Part shown: one piece after another, positions 35,401 to 49,320 of the stretch
Position numbering within the stretch: the stretch's first letter is position 1
Layout: every line of letters begins with the position of its first letter
Source: Callorhinchus milii
Lineage: Eukaryota
DNA length: 64,000 nt
Assembly (NCBI RefSeq): GCF_018977255.1
Contig: NW_024704742.1
Coordinates: forward strand, 35,652,001-35,716,000
Reading direction: 5' to 3'
Notes under the pieces: model-generated
What the model saw: the letters and a program-made list of their open reading frames with translations, nothing else
What the model was told of the DNA's origin: nothing
The model's database searches: none
Program-made: the position numbers and the translations under genes

Positions 35401-36532
35401 TGGGAGTCAGACGAGATTATTATCACATTACCTTGGAGGAGACTATTCAGACATAATCAAGAAAGGCTTTGAACCAAAGCTAGTTAGACTCCAGCAGTAC
35501 CTCAGTGCAAGAGCCAACTCCTGGCTCTTGCCAATCTGCACCTAATACTCTCTGGAATTAGGTAAGCAGGATACATCTCTCCCGGGAGAGAGCATGTATT
35601 CCGTTCCAACAATCTATCTCCGGGATTTCCATGTGTAGGTGGGTGCAAATCTCAGCTTAGTTTGGATACTCTTAAGAATGGTGATTGATTCCACATGCGT
35701 CAAACACCCAGATGACCAAAAATATTTGTAGATTGATTTTTATTTATACCCATTCAAATATCTATTTTGAGGTTTTTTTTCATTCGTGCTTTTATTGAAC
35801 TGAACTTCAGCATTATTTGAAAATAACTCAATTCATCATCAACCAATATGTTGATTATTAAATTCAAAGGATGACAAAAGTGGATGCAATCATTTCTTCA
35901 ACAATTTCAGTGTGCTTTCAGTTGTCTGTGCTTTGGAGAGACCAAAAATGATGACAGTACTTTTTTCTACAGGCAACATTTGCAGTAACTTACTGTCTTT
36001 GATGTAGGCCAGTGAGGTAGTGTTGATGTAATGCTGCAAGATGCCAGCATTAACACCATGATTGTCAGTGTTAAAATTACCCAACCTAACATAAAGTGCC
36101 ACAAAATGCAGACTAGGCAAGAAGGAAGAAGCAAAAAACAAATGAATTTGTCCATTACTCAGTGTTAGAAAGGTAAAACACCAGAATCTCTAACATGTAA
36201 GAAGACTAGTTCTACTGCCTTGGTTAGATTTAGAATAAGTTTGAAGCCAACATAGTATTTCTTTTGGGTCAGCCAGGTGTCTGACCTATGCGGAAACCCA
36301 TCACCGTGCTTAGCTGGTAGCGCTCTCATATCTGAGTTAGAAAGTTGTGGACCTGAAACCCATATAGTCTATGCTGATACTCTAATGCAGTCCTGAGGGG
36401 GTGCTGCATTCTCCGAGGTGAGCCCGGAAAGATTCTGAACCAAAATCTGTCTGCCTGTCAAGATAGATGTTACAAATTCCATGGTACTATTCAAAAAGAG
36501 AAGGACGTTCTGGCCAACACCCTCCAAATATA

Positions 36533-36842
36533 GCGGAGTCCTGTAGCTCAGTGGTTAGAGCTTTGCAAGCGAGAGACCTGGGTTCGGTTCCCGGCAGGGT
36601 GAGACTTTGGACAAGTTTCCTTAGTCCACACGCCTGATAATAATCCCTCAAGAAAAAAACAATAATAAATTGGTAATTTTAAACCACGACTGTTTGTGGG
36701 ATACTGCTGTGCGCAATTGGCTGCCGCATTTCGCGCACAAATATACAGTCAATTCACTTTACAGTCTATTCTGTGAAGCGCTTTGAAATGTCTAGAAGAC
36801 GTGAAAAGCGCTGTATCAAATGCAATGATTATTATTATTATA
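36533..36842 (+). mobile_element. Full-length SINE adjoining an older SINE (about 36308-36530)
   Basis: gcggagtcctgtagctcagtggttagagc...ggttcggttccc head and ATT tail. Confidence 0.9.
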
Positions 36843-37204
36843 TTTTAAATATACTCTGTGTTTCAAATTGGAATGTACTCAGCAATTAACTCGTTTCTTT
36901 AGAAGAAAGCAAGTACAGTATATTTCAATGCAAATACAGGAATAGATATACTGCACATCACAAATATAGGTCTCGGTAAATTGCCCCTTTTTTTCTTTCA
37001 AGGCTCTCTTTTAACAATCGTTGCATTTAATATATAGCACCTTATGTTGTCGAGACATCTCAAAGCACTTGACAGGATTTTACTGTGAAGTATATTGACT
37101 GGGAATTTGTAGGCAATTAAACAAGATCAAGGCCTTCCTGCTTGATTCCTGTCAACACCTTCACAACCTATGCGCTAACCTGCATGGTGGTGCACTCTAC
37201 CTCA

Positions 37205-37890
37205 TGGAGCCAGTATAGAACCTTAGAGTCATGCTTGATTCCCAACCTCACATCCACGCTCTTATTTGCTCAGCTTTCTCTGTAACATTGCCCAACTCTG
37301 CTGAGACCTTCATCTATGCTTTCATCACATCCAGATTTGGCTAAGTTAATGCTCTCCTTGCCAGCTCTTCCCTAGACAAGCTGCAGAATCTAGAGCACAG
37401 TTTGTGTCCTCTCCTGCACCAGGCTCTGTGAGCTTAACATCCTTATCCTAGCTGTTTACTATTACAGTAAATTTGTCAACATGGTGCAGTTAATAGCACT
37501 CTCACCACTGAGTCAGAAGGTTATGTGTTCAAGCCCCATGTAGGGAGCTTGTTCTCACATTCAAATGCTTGCACTATCTCGACCCATCCTATCTCTGCAA
37601 CCTCCTTCAACCCTTCAGGTATGGCTGTTCCGTTTGCGCAGTGATCACTGCCTGCTTCATGTCGTCTTTCCCCCTCCCCCCCAATCCACCCACAATTGGT
37701 GAGTCACCTCTCAGCCATTCTGCCCTCACTCTCAAACTTCAACCGGGCGTTCCTCTGTCTCCCTCCCTCTCTCCCCTCACTTTGATTGCACTTTCAGTTT
37801 TGCCTGTTGGCTCACCCCCCAGCTTGGGTGCCCAGGTAGCACTGGCAAGCGCTTTGAGATGTCCTCCAGACCTGAGAGGTGCAATATAAA
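37205..37890 (+). mobile_element. Old L2 fragment with nested SINE head (about 37480-37550)
   Basis: Degenerate FITSR / LDPSYLCNLLQP remnants and L2-type tail. Confidence 0.65.
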
Positions 37891-38037
37891 TGGTATTGTA
37901 TTGAATTATACCCTACAGTTCAGATGAAAAGGAGACTAATTTTTTTAGAAATTATATCAAATAAGGAATATGGTCTTTAAGGTCAAATGGGTGTGAAGTT
38001 TGAATGTTTCGACAACTAGTGCTGAAGTCAACAATTG

Positions 38038-38371
38038 AACAACAACAACAAAATTAAATTTATAGAGCGCCTTTCACGTCAGGAGGACGTCCCAAGGCGC
38101 TGGACAGTCGTGGTCAGGACCCGAGCATGGGGGAGGGTTGGGGTACAGGTGAGGGAAGGCAGAGAGATGGGAGGGCGACCAAAGGCACGATCGTAGAGGG
38201 TCTTGAGACCAGCCTTGAAGGAGGCAAGGGAGGAAGCGAGGTGAAGGGACTGTGGGATGGAATTCCAGAGCGTGAAGGCAGAGGGGCTGAAAGCTCGGCC
38301 ACCGATGGTAGGGTGGGTCAGGCGGGAGACCTGGAGCAGGTTGATAGGGATTCAGCAGGTCAGAGAGGTAA
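38038..38371 (-). mobile_element. L2 3' fragment
   Basis: (CAA)n tail, stem-loop complement gcgcctttcacgtcaggaggacgtcccaaggcgc, G-rich body. Confidence 0.88.
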
Positions 38372-38423
38372 GAGTATTTATGAATAGTAGTTATGATGTC
38401 AAGTGTGACACTAAAACACCAAA

Positions 38424-38441
38424 TGACCACTAGATGGCAAT
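38424..38441 (+). promoter_or_regulatory. Candidate CTCF site
   Basis: TGACCACTAGATGGCAAT matches the core CCASYAGRKGGCR. Confidence 0.55.
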
Positions 38442-39522
38442 CCCCTCTCCCAAAGTGATTTCCCAACTCACACTGGGATTTCATTTCCATCTTTGAGTTG
38501 GATCCAGAGGATTTCTTACATATTAGTCACTGAACTTGCTTCTAAATTAATCTTTTGCATGTTTACCTTCTGATCAGGATTAACACTGGCCATAAATTGA
38601 CAATAGTCCATTATTTTTGTAAAATTCAGAGATAAAAAAATCATTCCACACTGAAGCCTGATGTTGTTTAGGTTATTATGAAGGTTAGCCTTATACAGGA
38701 CTATTGTCTTAAAATGTAAGATCATGCAAAATTTAAATTTAGGTTTAATTCAGATCCTATTTTTCAGGAGTTCTTTTTCCTGCAAAAAATCCTGCAAAAA
38801 GATTATAGCAGTCAAGAAAATCTTCCAGTACATTATAAGGTTCTTTGGTCATTGTTTGTTTAATTATTATTAAATGTGCATTGGAAATAGTTACTCTTCC
38901 ACCCACACTCCAGGTGACATTGGTTTATGGCCTTGAGTGATAATGACAAGAAAGGATTATTCTTGCATTTTATTAGTTTATTTCCTTGTTGAAAAGGGTT
39001 ATAATACTTGCTGATGCCCTTCAAAAAAGTACATTGCTGAGCACATTCCAATTTGAAAGACAAACTATATTCACACTTAACACACAGGATGCTTGTTATT
39101 AGCTGGCCTTGATGATTTCTCTCAATGCGAAAAAAGTTTTGATAGGTTGGTCAAAACCTTTCTGTTCACTTCTTGAAAAGATTAATGTGGGAGTTATGTT
39201 AATTTCCTCAGTTTCCTTCCTATTCAACTCCCTGGGGTAGAACAAGAGGCTCTGTTTTCATGCACTTCCAGGATGGAAAGGGAGTCCAATGAAATGTTAC
39301 CTTTTCCGCTCTGTGTGTTTTTTCTTTGTAGAGATCTTCACTAAACTAATTTGGTTAGTGCTCAGTATCATGTGTATGATGAGATTCCATCTTCTTATTT
39401 TGAAACAAACTGTATTTTATGAATCATTGATAAACACATCTCCTGAACAAAATCTAAAGTTAAAGTCGACCAACTGAAGGCCAATATCTTTAATCTCACC
39501 TTCTCTTCCATCATCTTGTTTT

Positions 39523-39858
39523 GTTCGCCCTGTTCGCTCCCTCCGCTCAGCGGGCTCCGGCCCACTTCGTGTCCCCCGCCTTGCTCCCCCCACTATCTGC
39601 GGGTGGGCCTTCTGCCACTCTGCACCCACCCTCTGGAGCTCCATCCTGCAGTCCCTCCGTCTCGCCCCCTCCTCCGCCACCTTCAAGACACACCTCAAAA
39701 CCCACCTCTTCGACCCTGCTTTCGATCTCCCTGCTTCCCCCCCTGCCCTTCCCCCTCCCACATCCAGACCCTCAGCTCAGCTCTGTAACTCTGTCCAGCG
39801 CCTTGGGACATCCTCCCGACATAAAAGGCGCGATACAAATGTAATTTTGTTGTTGTTA
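39523..39858 (+). mobile_element. L2 3' fragment
   Basis: Resembles 28555-28855; ends gcgccttgggac...aaaggcgc plus TTG tail. Confidence 0.88.
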
Positions 39859-40217
39859 TTCTTTCAAGAGAGTTGTGATCAGCTCTTAAAGTCAGGTATC
39901 TAGATAATTCTGTACTTTGATGTGTTTGAGATTTTCTACCCCAAACTAATTATCATTGTTAAAATAAAGTCACTCATTGGCACATACTCTTTTTTTTATA
40001 CTGGTTTTGACCTACAATATACACAATCACTGCACCTTTACATTAAAATCTGGTGAAGCATTTTGAGATATCTTCCCAAATATTGTTATATAAAATGCAA
40101 ATGCAGTATTATTATTTATCTTGTTAAATAATGTTATTAAAATTGCATTAGCCCACATTTAAATTGTGTGTTTGCAGAGTACACCACAAGACCCTTTTTA
40201 TCAGAATACCAATAAAG

Positions 40218-40928
40218 ACAACAACAACAACAAGATTCCATTTATAGAGCGCCTTTCACGTTGGAAGGACGTCCCAAGGCGCTGTACAGTTGGGTCAGGA
40301 CCCAAGCAGGGGGGAAATGGTCAGGGTGAGGGAAGGGAGGGAGCGAGGAGGGGGGAAATGGTCAGGGTGAGGGGAGGGAAGGGAGGGAGCGAGGAGAGGG
40401 TAGAGAGTCGAGAGGGGAGCTGAAGACACGGTCAAAGAGAAAGGTCTTGAGGTCGGCCTTGAAGGAGGAAAGGGAGGAGGCGGCGAAGGCACTGGGGGAT
40501 GGAGTTCCAGAACCTCGGGGCTGAGAGGCTGAAGGCCCGGGCACCGATGGTAGGGCGGTTGGGGCGGGGGATGTGGAGCAGACCGGAGCCAGAGGAACGG
40601 AGGGTACGGGCAGGTAGGTAGGGGGATAGTAGGTCGGGGAGGTAGGAGGGTGCAAGGCTGTTAATGGCCTTGTAAGTGAGGATGAGGATCTTGAATTCGA
40701 TCCTCTGGGGGATGGGGAGCCAGTGGAGGCGAGCGAGGGTGGGAGTGATGTGGTCGGGAAGCCTGGTGCGGGACAGTACACGAGCTGCAGAGTTCTGAAT
40801 GACCTGCAGCTTGTGGAGGGAGGTGGCGGGAAGGCCGGCGAGGAGAGAGTTCCCATAGTCCAGCCTTGAGGTGATAAAGGCGTGGACCAGAGTTTCAGCA
40901 GCGTGAGGGGTGAGGTAGTGCTGTAGTC
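40218..40928 (-). mobile_element. Young L2 3' fragment, same subfamily as 3512-5100
   Basis: Near-colinear reverse complement of about 4260-5100, with two copies of the 3' tandem unit. Confidence 0.93.
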
Positions 40929-41655
40929 CTGTGTGTGTGAAAGGTTAAAAGGAAAATGGTAAATGCTGGAAATCTGAATTCAAAGCAAAAAGTGCTGGTA
41001 ATCAGCTGCAAGTTAATTGGCATCTGCAAGAGAAAGGTGGTTCTGTATATAAAGCGATCTGACTCTCTGAATGTCCTTCCACAAAGTGCATGTTCACTCC
41101 CGTTGCTCCTCTGAGAACTTTCTCTCATCACCGTAACAAATTAAATATCTGCTTTTTTTGTCTCTTTCCACATCACTATTCATCATCTTAAACACTCTTT
41201 CCACGTCAGACAAAGATTTATACTACAGTATATGTTTTCCCATTAGATTCAACATTTGATGACCACAGTTCTGCTTGTTTGTTCTTATATAAATCGTAGA
41301 AATGGTGTGCAATTTTAACTTTTAGGGTTGCATCAATGGCAAATTGTTACAGTTTGGATAGTCCTTAACTAAAACTATAGTGAATTTACTGTTCATTTTT
41401 TCAAATTTGAACACATTTGACTCTTTGTGAACCTGTACGGGTGAACTGCTCATGTATTTGGGACAAGATTTACAGCAGGTTTTGAAGTCCTACAGTCACT
41501 ATATGTGACAATAATTACCCATGAGCACTTTGGGACATTTCAACATTACATTAAGCCACTATAAAAATCCTTAATTTCTTCATTCTTTCAGTGCATGTTA
41601 CCAACTGCTGAATACTGTACCTTCTATGTTGAATGTGTTGTACCTTTTAGCTATG

Positions 41656-41675
41656 CTGCCACAAGATGGCAGCGC
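41656..41675 (+). promoter_or_regulatory. Candidate CTCF site
   Basis: CTGCCACAAGATGGCAGCGC, one mismatch to the core consensus. Confidence 0.55.
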
Positions 41676-41764
41676 ATGCTCATAACATCATATTGAGGCA
41701 CTGTATCAGCTATTTTCAGCACAAGCATGACTTTATTCTGGCCAGCCTTTTGAAACAAATCTTC

Positions 41765-42212
41765 ATAATAGTAATCCTTGTTATGATATAGCGCCTTATC
41801 ACATCGTTGAGACATCTCAAACACTTCACAGGATATACTGATTGTTTTGTGGGTGAAACGTGGGAGCCAATTGCGCACAGCAATGTTCCATAAACAGCCA
41901 TGGAGTGCGAACGTAAGAATTTGCTCGGTGAAAGAAGACCAAGGTCTATCCAGTTCGCCTTCCACCATGCTGGCAGTCGTATATGCACGTGTCTTGTCCC
42001 AAACAAATGAGTGACCAATGTTTTGGTCACACAAACCATGTCCGCCAGAAATCAATCCGCCGATCGATTTAACAACCAGGTTCCTACTTACTGCCGGGTA
42101 AGCATTAATTTGGAGTATGGAATCTTGCCTAAAGTTTTCTCCTGCCTGGGAATCAAACCCAGGTCCTCTCGCTTGCAAGGCTCGTGCGCTAACCCCTACA
42201 CTACGGGACTCC
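41765..42212 (-). mobile_element. tRNA-derived SINE, longer variant
   Basis: Family head and tail with about 100 nt of extra internal sequence. Confidence 0.8.
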
Positions 42213-42749
42213 GATAATGAGTTAATGAGAAATGTAATCATTGCTTCTTACTCCAATATAACTTCAAAATATTCAGTTGAAGTGAGTTGCTGCTCTAATA
42301 AATTTGACTGAAAACAATATACCAGTCAGTGATTTAGCTAGCCCCCCTGGTGTAAACCAACTAAAGGAGACTAAAGCCCTGTTCTGAACATGTAGCTAGT
42401 AGTCCTGGTTAGGTTCAGCTTAGACTCCCCGTATAATACTCAAGGGTGATCATATCAGAATGTTCTTCTGGTTTTGGTTAAAGTTTAATAACATGCAGTG
42501 TTTTTTTTTGATCATTGATTTCCTTCAATCCGGTTTTAATTTAAATGTAGCTGTTGAATTCACCGAATCATATCTCATGCCAATAAAAAGTACTTTTTTG
42601 ATTTTTTTCTTTGCAATGAGATATAGATCATCTTCAAGTTAACTTGCAGATTCTGTCAATACAACGATATTGAGTAGTAATTATTTGAAATTAATACTTT
42701 TTCTTTAATACATTTTTTACTCCCTCCACTTTCCACTTCTTCTGGCATG

Positions 42750-43050
42750 AGCTGTATTCTGGTACACTCAGCCAAAGGGCCACTGATCACATATGTGAGC
42801 CCCAAGTGTCAACTCTCAGCACACCAGAGATTTATCCTGCCCTTTGCTTGATAAATGCACTTTCTAATGTGAGTCACCAGACGGCAATCAGGAATTGGAA
42901 CTGACTGATTTCCTTCCCCCCCCCACCTCCTGAGCTCAGAGTCACTAAAGTCAATTGTACCACTAACCCTGGTCTGGCTGAGCAGAACCAATTCTGCACA
43001 GGCCGTGGATCATCCATGAGACAATCTGGTCTGCATGGGTCAGATTGGTT
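42750..43050 (-). mobile_element. Ancient SINE-like repeat, unclassified
   Basis: The minus strand resembles a dispersed shark repeat (ctcagcc...tacaattg...ggaaatcag...cctgatt...ggctcacatatg). Recognition from memory. Confidence 0.4.
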
Positions 43051-43662
43051 TATGCAAATATCAACTGGTCCATCGACGATCACCGGAAGAGGAGGCAGCT
43101 TTAAGACATCACCAAAGTGGGGTTGGTAAATAATGAAGAAGAATGCAAGAACATATAAACAAACAGCCAGAATTAGCAGAGAGATGGCAAATGAAGTTTA
43201 ACATCGAAAAATATGAAATAATTGCCTTAGGTAGAAAAACTAAAAAAGTCAACTATAGTTTAAATGGTGGAAACCTAAGAGAAGTAGATTAGCAAAGAGT
43301 CATGAAGATTCAGATCCACAAATCTCTAAGAAAGCAACATCTTTAGATAAAGCCAAAAACAGTGCCAATTGAATCCTGGGGTTTATGTCCAGGGGATAGA
43401 ATATAAAATTGAGGAGGTACTGTGTCCATTCTGACCACCACACTGAGAAACAAGTATTTGGAAAGGTACAGTGTAGGTTTACTAGGATGATACCAGGGCC
43501 TGATGATACTAGGATGATACCAATGTCTCTTTTAAACCTTATTTTAATACACTTTCTGACATGACTAGTTCAAAGTTTCTACCATTTCTGTTAACATGAA
43601 ACAGACAATCAATGTATGCGTTTTAGCTTGGCCTTGATAAATCGTCTCCATTAATCCATTAG

Positions 43663-43793
43663 GATGAGGAGCTGGCTCGGCAGCTGGTGGAGCTGGGGTA
43701 CAGGGGAACTGGAGAGGTGCTGAAAAGAGAAGAGTTTGAAATGAGGAAGACAGCTGCTGAAGCTTCAAGAATTGCTAAGAGTAGCCAAAAAAA
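43663..43793 (+). CDS. CFAP299: CFAP299 coding exon 2 (131 nt; absent from the supplied ORF track in this frame)
   Basis: Acceptor ccattAG|, encodes [43 protein letters not shown](K/N), donor AA|GTGAGT. Continues exon 1 in frame and resembles human [29 protein letters not shown]. Confidence 0.94.
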
Positions 43794-46700
43794 GTGAGTA
43801 CATTTAAATTTATTGATAAAAGAAGATGTTTTGTAATTTAATGTTGGTCAAAGAAGCAAACCATAAATCTATTCTTTGGGGAATGTTAGTTGGACTGTGG
43901 AAAGGAAAGGGAGCTAATTTGAGGCTGGGGATTCAGGCTTTTTTCAATTCAGTTGGTTGCATAATATCATATTTCTATTTTTTTTTAGAATGTTTCTGTC
44001 ATCTCCAAGTGTTACATTTAGTACTTTGCAGTTACAATAAACAAACAAAAACCGATACAAAAGTACAACATTTTTGTGCCTGTTGATGGAATTTAGAAAA
44101 GCTGATCAAAGCTGCCTCTTGACAGTGTGACAACCCTCCTTAAACTGCAAGAGCAACAGGTTTGCTTTGTCAAATAGCTTCATTGTTCCTGCCTCCACAT
44201 TAACAGTGGTTAGCTTCCACGATTGTAGGCACCTGCATCTTTCAGTCATTTGTCTAATCATTTGGTTGTCAAGTTCACCAGGTTAAGGGTTTGTGATGGA
44301 CTCTCAGACTAAGTGTCTTGAGGGCAAACAAAGTACTTAACAGACCACCAGTTAAGCAAATTTAGTTAAAGTAAACAATGAGATGTACTTCAAGGCAGCT
44401 GAGGTCTAACGTTTGTATAACTGACCGGGTAATTCCTGATTCATTTTAATGACTTAAAATGTACCCAGCAAAAAGTCCACACTGTTCACATCTGAACGGT
44501 GCAGATTATAATGTAACATGGAGATTGTTGGGTCTTTGGCAACTTCACGTGGAAAAGCATTGAGCATTATATTGTTTGATAATAATGTACATTTCCCCTA
44601 AAATAGTTTAGGTAAATAATATGTGTGGGTATTATTTGCTGATGCTGAATATTGCTAGCCATTACGGATGTGTTTTCTTATCTTGGAAAATCCCCTGTAT
44701 ATATATTAATGAAATCTAATCTGTAAATAGACTTGCCTGGATTTGATAAAAATGTGTTTAAATTGATATTCATCAGTTTTTGAGGTGCTCTGCAATCTGA
44801 TGCAAATAAGTTTAACTGATTAAAAATGATTTTGTACAATGCTGGAAGACACAAAAATGATTAATTAAAACACGGCCAGACATTTGGGAACAGCATTTAG
44901 TTTCCAACAACCGTATCTGTAAAGTAGGTAAGAAGTGTTGTGGCTTGGCTGTGTTTAATGAAAAAAATGTTGATTTTTTTATTTCTGTACTTTTTGATTG
45001 TTGGACATCTTTACAAGCATGTTTGTGTAGGCTTGTAGACTTAAAATATTGATTTTTTTAATATGAAATCTTGACACTGAAGAGGCAAAATGAAATAATG
45101 TTTACAAATAAGTAAACTACAATGTGAGTGGTAGTTTTCACAGTGATATAAACATTCAGGGTGCAGTGTGACTACGCCCTTACTACTTTTTACTGTTAGT
45201 AGTTTGGATAATGCCTAGCAGAACCTGTTTAGCATCTGAAACTTAATTTCCCAACACACTCAATAAGAATTTTTGTATTTTTGCTTAGATTGAGAATATG
45301 CACTCCACACACTAAAATATTGTACCGTAAAGAGCTTGCGGTTCAAGTACAATTACATCACAGTTTTGTAGAGTGAAGCGTCTTCATGTAGAGTTGCTAA
45401 CATGGTGTTAGGTAGCGTCCAGTTTTACACTTATGTTTACATTAATGAATTGGGGGAATCTTGATATTTTAGGTCTTTATAGGATTGTGCATTGTTCATA
45501 GTTCATTTTTATTTCATAATAGTAATCCTTGCATTTGATATTGCGCCTTATCATGTCTTCTAGACGTCTCAAAGTGCTTCACAGAATGTACTGTAAAATG
45601 TATCAACTGTATATTTTGTGGGCGAAACGCGGCAGCCAATTGCGCACAGCAGTGTCCCACAAACAATTGTAGATTAAGCGATCAACAAGAGAAAGAATAA
45701 CACTACTTCCAGAGCAGTGAACCAGTCAGCAAACATCAAACACCTACAATCAACCCGAAATTAGAAAACAAAACAAAAGATGATTTTAAGAGAATACAAA
45801 GAAAAGTATACATGTCCATATCTCTCTACTTTGAAGTTCATCAGGAATCAAATGTATCTGGTTTTATTATGTTTTGGTAAATTGCTGATGAAGGTGAGGG
45901 ATGCCATGAAGGTGAAAATAGCTTAATTTTCCAGTAACTTTGGATGTTGCTACCATTATGAATAGTTGTTTAGGTTGTAGAATCACACTCATTGGGACTA
46001 GGTTTATACCCTAGGGTCTGTGCAGTCATCATAGAGAGATGCTTCCATGCTATTAATAGAGCTGAATTCAAACTCTGGCTTCAGAGGGGAGAGGCCAGTA
46101 ATGCCAATCTACCTTTCAGTTCCCTCAGTCCAATTCCTCTTGAAATGCTTCAGCTGAATCAACATTTACGTTATTTGGTGCTGATCTGCAGTGTAAGATA
46201 ACAAACTTTGAGAACTTTATCTTGAATTTACATTTAGAATGTGGATATTTCAGCTTGGGGTCCTGAAATAGCCTCAAGGGTTGGCTTTCACCAAACTGCA
46301 CCTAATACTTTCTGAAATTGGGTAAATAGGGAAATAATGTGCATTCCACTTCCAGATAAGAGAAGATTTCCAATGTGAATATGGCAAATATATGTGGAAC
46401 TCAGTCTGGTTTGGATACTCTTAAGCAGGGGTCTCCAACCAATTGCTGCTAGGTGGCCCTTTCACACATGATCAAAAAGGCAAGAAGAAGGAGCAATAGA
46501 ACTGTGTAGTTATTTAGTCCAATTGAAAATGAAGCCAGATGCATGCATCTTGGAATAAAAATATAAACTATTATTTAAACTGCAATAAATATCGCTCCTT
46601 CCTGTTGTCTTTATTGAGCATGCATGAGAGATCCCCTAGTTCCGTTCGATGGCTAGTTGGGTCCCATAGTTGCATTCCCTGCTCTTATGCATGGAGATGT

Positions 46701-47054
46701 ATACAGAGAGAAATACAGGTGTCCTTGATTTTGTAAGTAACAACTAACGAGAAAGATTTGATGTTAAATGTATGATTAACAATTCCTTATTATTGGTTAC
46801 TAATTCTGCAGTGTCAATAGTTGCCACTTGGTCTCCGTGAAATTCTTTGAGCTGTTTTCCTACATGAAAGGCACTATATATAGTGCAACTTGTTTTGGTT
46901 GTAATTACATAATTAAGGGTGCCTGTAATTTCCTATGTACACATGTGTTTGCACAAAACATTCAATGCAACTGTGTTTGCACATGGCTTATACATAGTTT
47001 ACACTTGGCACATAATAGATCCAATTTTCCTTTAAGTCCAGAAATATAATATCA

Positions 47055-47420
47055 ACCGTACTACCATCATCTATCAAATCCACAAAAAAATCCAACAAAT
47101 TTGTTAAGCACGATCTGCCTTTCATAAACTCGTGTTGGCTTGGAACTATTGCTTTTATGCTTGTTAAATCTGCTTGAATTGCTTCCTTTTATAATCGATG
47201 CCAGTACTTTTCCTACTATGGATGTCAAGCTAACATACCAGTGATTCCCAAGATCATACTTCTGACCTATTTTAAAGACTGGAATAACACTAGCTATTTT
47301 CCAATCTTCTGGTACCACCCCTGTATCTAATGAGCTGCGAAAAATTTCTGTCGAAGCTCCCCTACTTCTAACATCACTTATTTAAGTACTCTTGGATCCA
47401 GTCCAGCTGGTCCAGATGCC
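47055..47420 (-). mobile_element. CR1 RT fragment; other CR1 relics at about 43085-43500(+) and 52170-53160(-)
   Basis: VPEDWKIASVIPVFK...VSLTSIVGKVL motif. Confidence 0.82.
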
Positions 47421-48427
47421 TTACTTCTTACAACATATTGAACAGGTTTTTACATTTTCTTAGAACATCCTGTGGCTGAATTTTAGACAGATTTCCTCAG
47501 CTACTTCATTGGTATTAATACAGTACATTTTTGTCCACATAAGTTTTTTTTTGCAGTGTGGGCAGATTGCAGACTTAGAACTTTGGACATTAATCGTCTG
47601 TTTCCACTTGTTGGTGAGTGCAAAACAGAAGGTTATAAATATATACAATAGCCACTGGCAGATCTAGAAGGGAGTTTAAGTTGAGCTTTGCACAAGGGAT
47701 GTTGAGCTCACTATGGGGGATGTGGTTGAAAGGGAAGGCATCATGGTATTTAAGACGAACTTGATACAACCACAAGAGAGACAGGATTGGAGGGGTGTGG
47801 GATAAGGGGTTAGGAGGAGTGGAAGTGAATGTGTAGTACAAACAATGGAATGGACTACTTAGGCCGAATGGCCTGTTTCCGTGCTGATGACAGTCTATGT
47901 AATTCTATGTAACTGAACACGTTTTAAAGCCATCTTAAATCAATTTGAAATTTCCAATCAGCATTGTCAAATGAGAAAGTGCTTATGCCACCCAGTGTTA
48001 TTTTTACATGTTTTATTTGTATTGACTTTATTGTTTCATAGCTTTCTGTCATGCTTATTTGTTGAAAAGATGAATTCATATTTCTCAGTCATAAAATATG
48101 AAAATTACTGCATGTGTGAAATGATATTGTGATAGCTCTCTATTAATAAAATATATAAAAGATGAGTATATTGGTAGAAATATTTTTAAGATGGTTTAAC
48201 TTGATGAGTTTAAAGTCTCTTCTATTTCCGCAGTAATCAAATCAAAATAGATATGGTTGAAGAAAAGCAATTGGTACTTTTGATTTCATCTCTCCAGAAT
48301 ACCAGTTGTACGATTCTCCCATAACAGCGTCAACGTTTTCTTAATAAGTTTACTGGTAACTCATTCTTGGCATGTCTTGGTATCTCCCTTCATCTGAATT
48401 TATGATTCTTGTCCTGCTGCCTTGCAG

Positions 48428-49320
48428 CAACAACAACTTGCATTTATATAGCGCCCTTCATGCCTGTTAGGGTTCCAGAGTGCTTAACAGTGGCGGAGTC
48501 TTACCCCGAGCTGGGAGAGAGGGAAGGGGGTAGGTGACTCTAAGCACAATCAAAAAGGAAGGTCTTTAGGTGGGATTTGAAAGTGGGTAGGAAGCGGGCA
48601 AGGCAGAGAGATTGGGGGAAGAGTTCCAGAGCTTCGGGGCATAGTGACTGAAAGCACAGCCGCCAATGGTGGAGTGGAGGGGGCAAGACACGAACAGGAG
48701 GCCGGAACAGGCCGAGCGGAGGCAGCGGATGGTGGAGCGGGGCGTGAGTAAGTCAGAAAGGTCGGGAGATGCGAGGGCATGAAGTGATTTGATACTTGTA
48801 GTGTCTAAAAGAGTTTTATTTGCTCTGTTCAGTTATATTTAAACAACAACCAGAATTTGCATTTATATAGCGCTCATCACATTGGGCAGTGTCTAAGAGT
48901 ACTTAACAGTGGCAAAGCTTGACCCCCAGCCGAAGAAGTCAGGGCAAGGTCGGAGAGGAAGGTCTTCAGGTTTGAAACAAGGAGGGTATAAAGTGAAGGG
49001 ATTAAGACGAGGAATTCCAGACTTTTGAGGGGGGAAGTGGCTTAAACCATGGCTGCTGATAAGAGAGCAGAGGACACGAGGAATGTGCAGACGGCCAGAA
49101 GCAGTTGAGTGACAGGGTTGGGTAGAGAAGTGGGGTGTATGCAGGTCTGAGAGGTAGGGAGATGCTGTAGCATGAAGGGATTTTAAGTGAGTGAGGACCT
49201 TCATATCCATTCTACAACAGCAAACTTGTGCCAGTGGAGCATGGCAAGGATGGGAGTAATGGGGATGCCGACTTTAATATGGGTGAGGATAAGGACGGGG
49301 AAGTTCTGAATCAATTGGAC
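48428..49320 (-). mobile_element. Two tandem L2 3' fragments (about 48428-48790 and 48842-49320)
   Basis: Each starts with a CAA tail plus gcatttatatagcgc; remnants such as SPYLSDL. Confidence 0.8.

Noticed and set aside
36533..36600. tRNA genes at SINE heads (also 20715-20788, 22335-22410, 24480-24551)
   Set aside because: Each continues into the SINE body and tail and lacks an intact cloverleaf and terminator.
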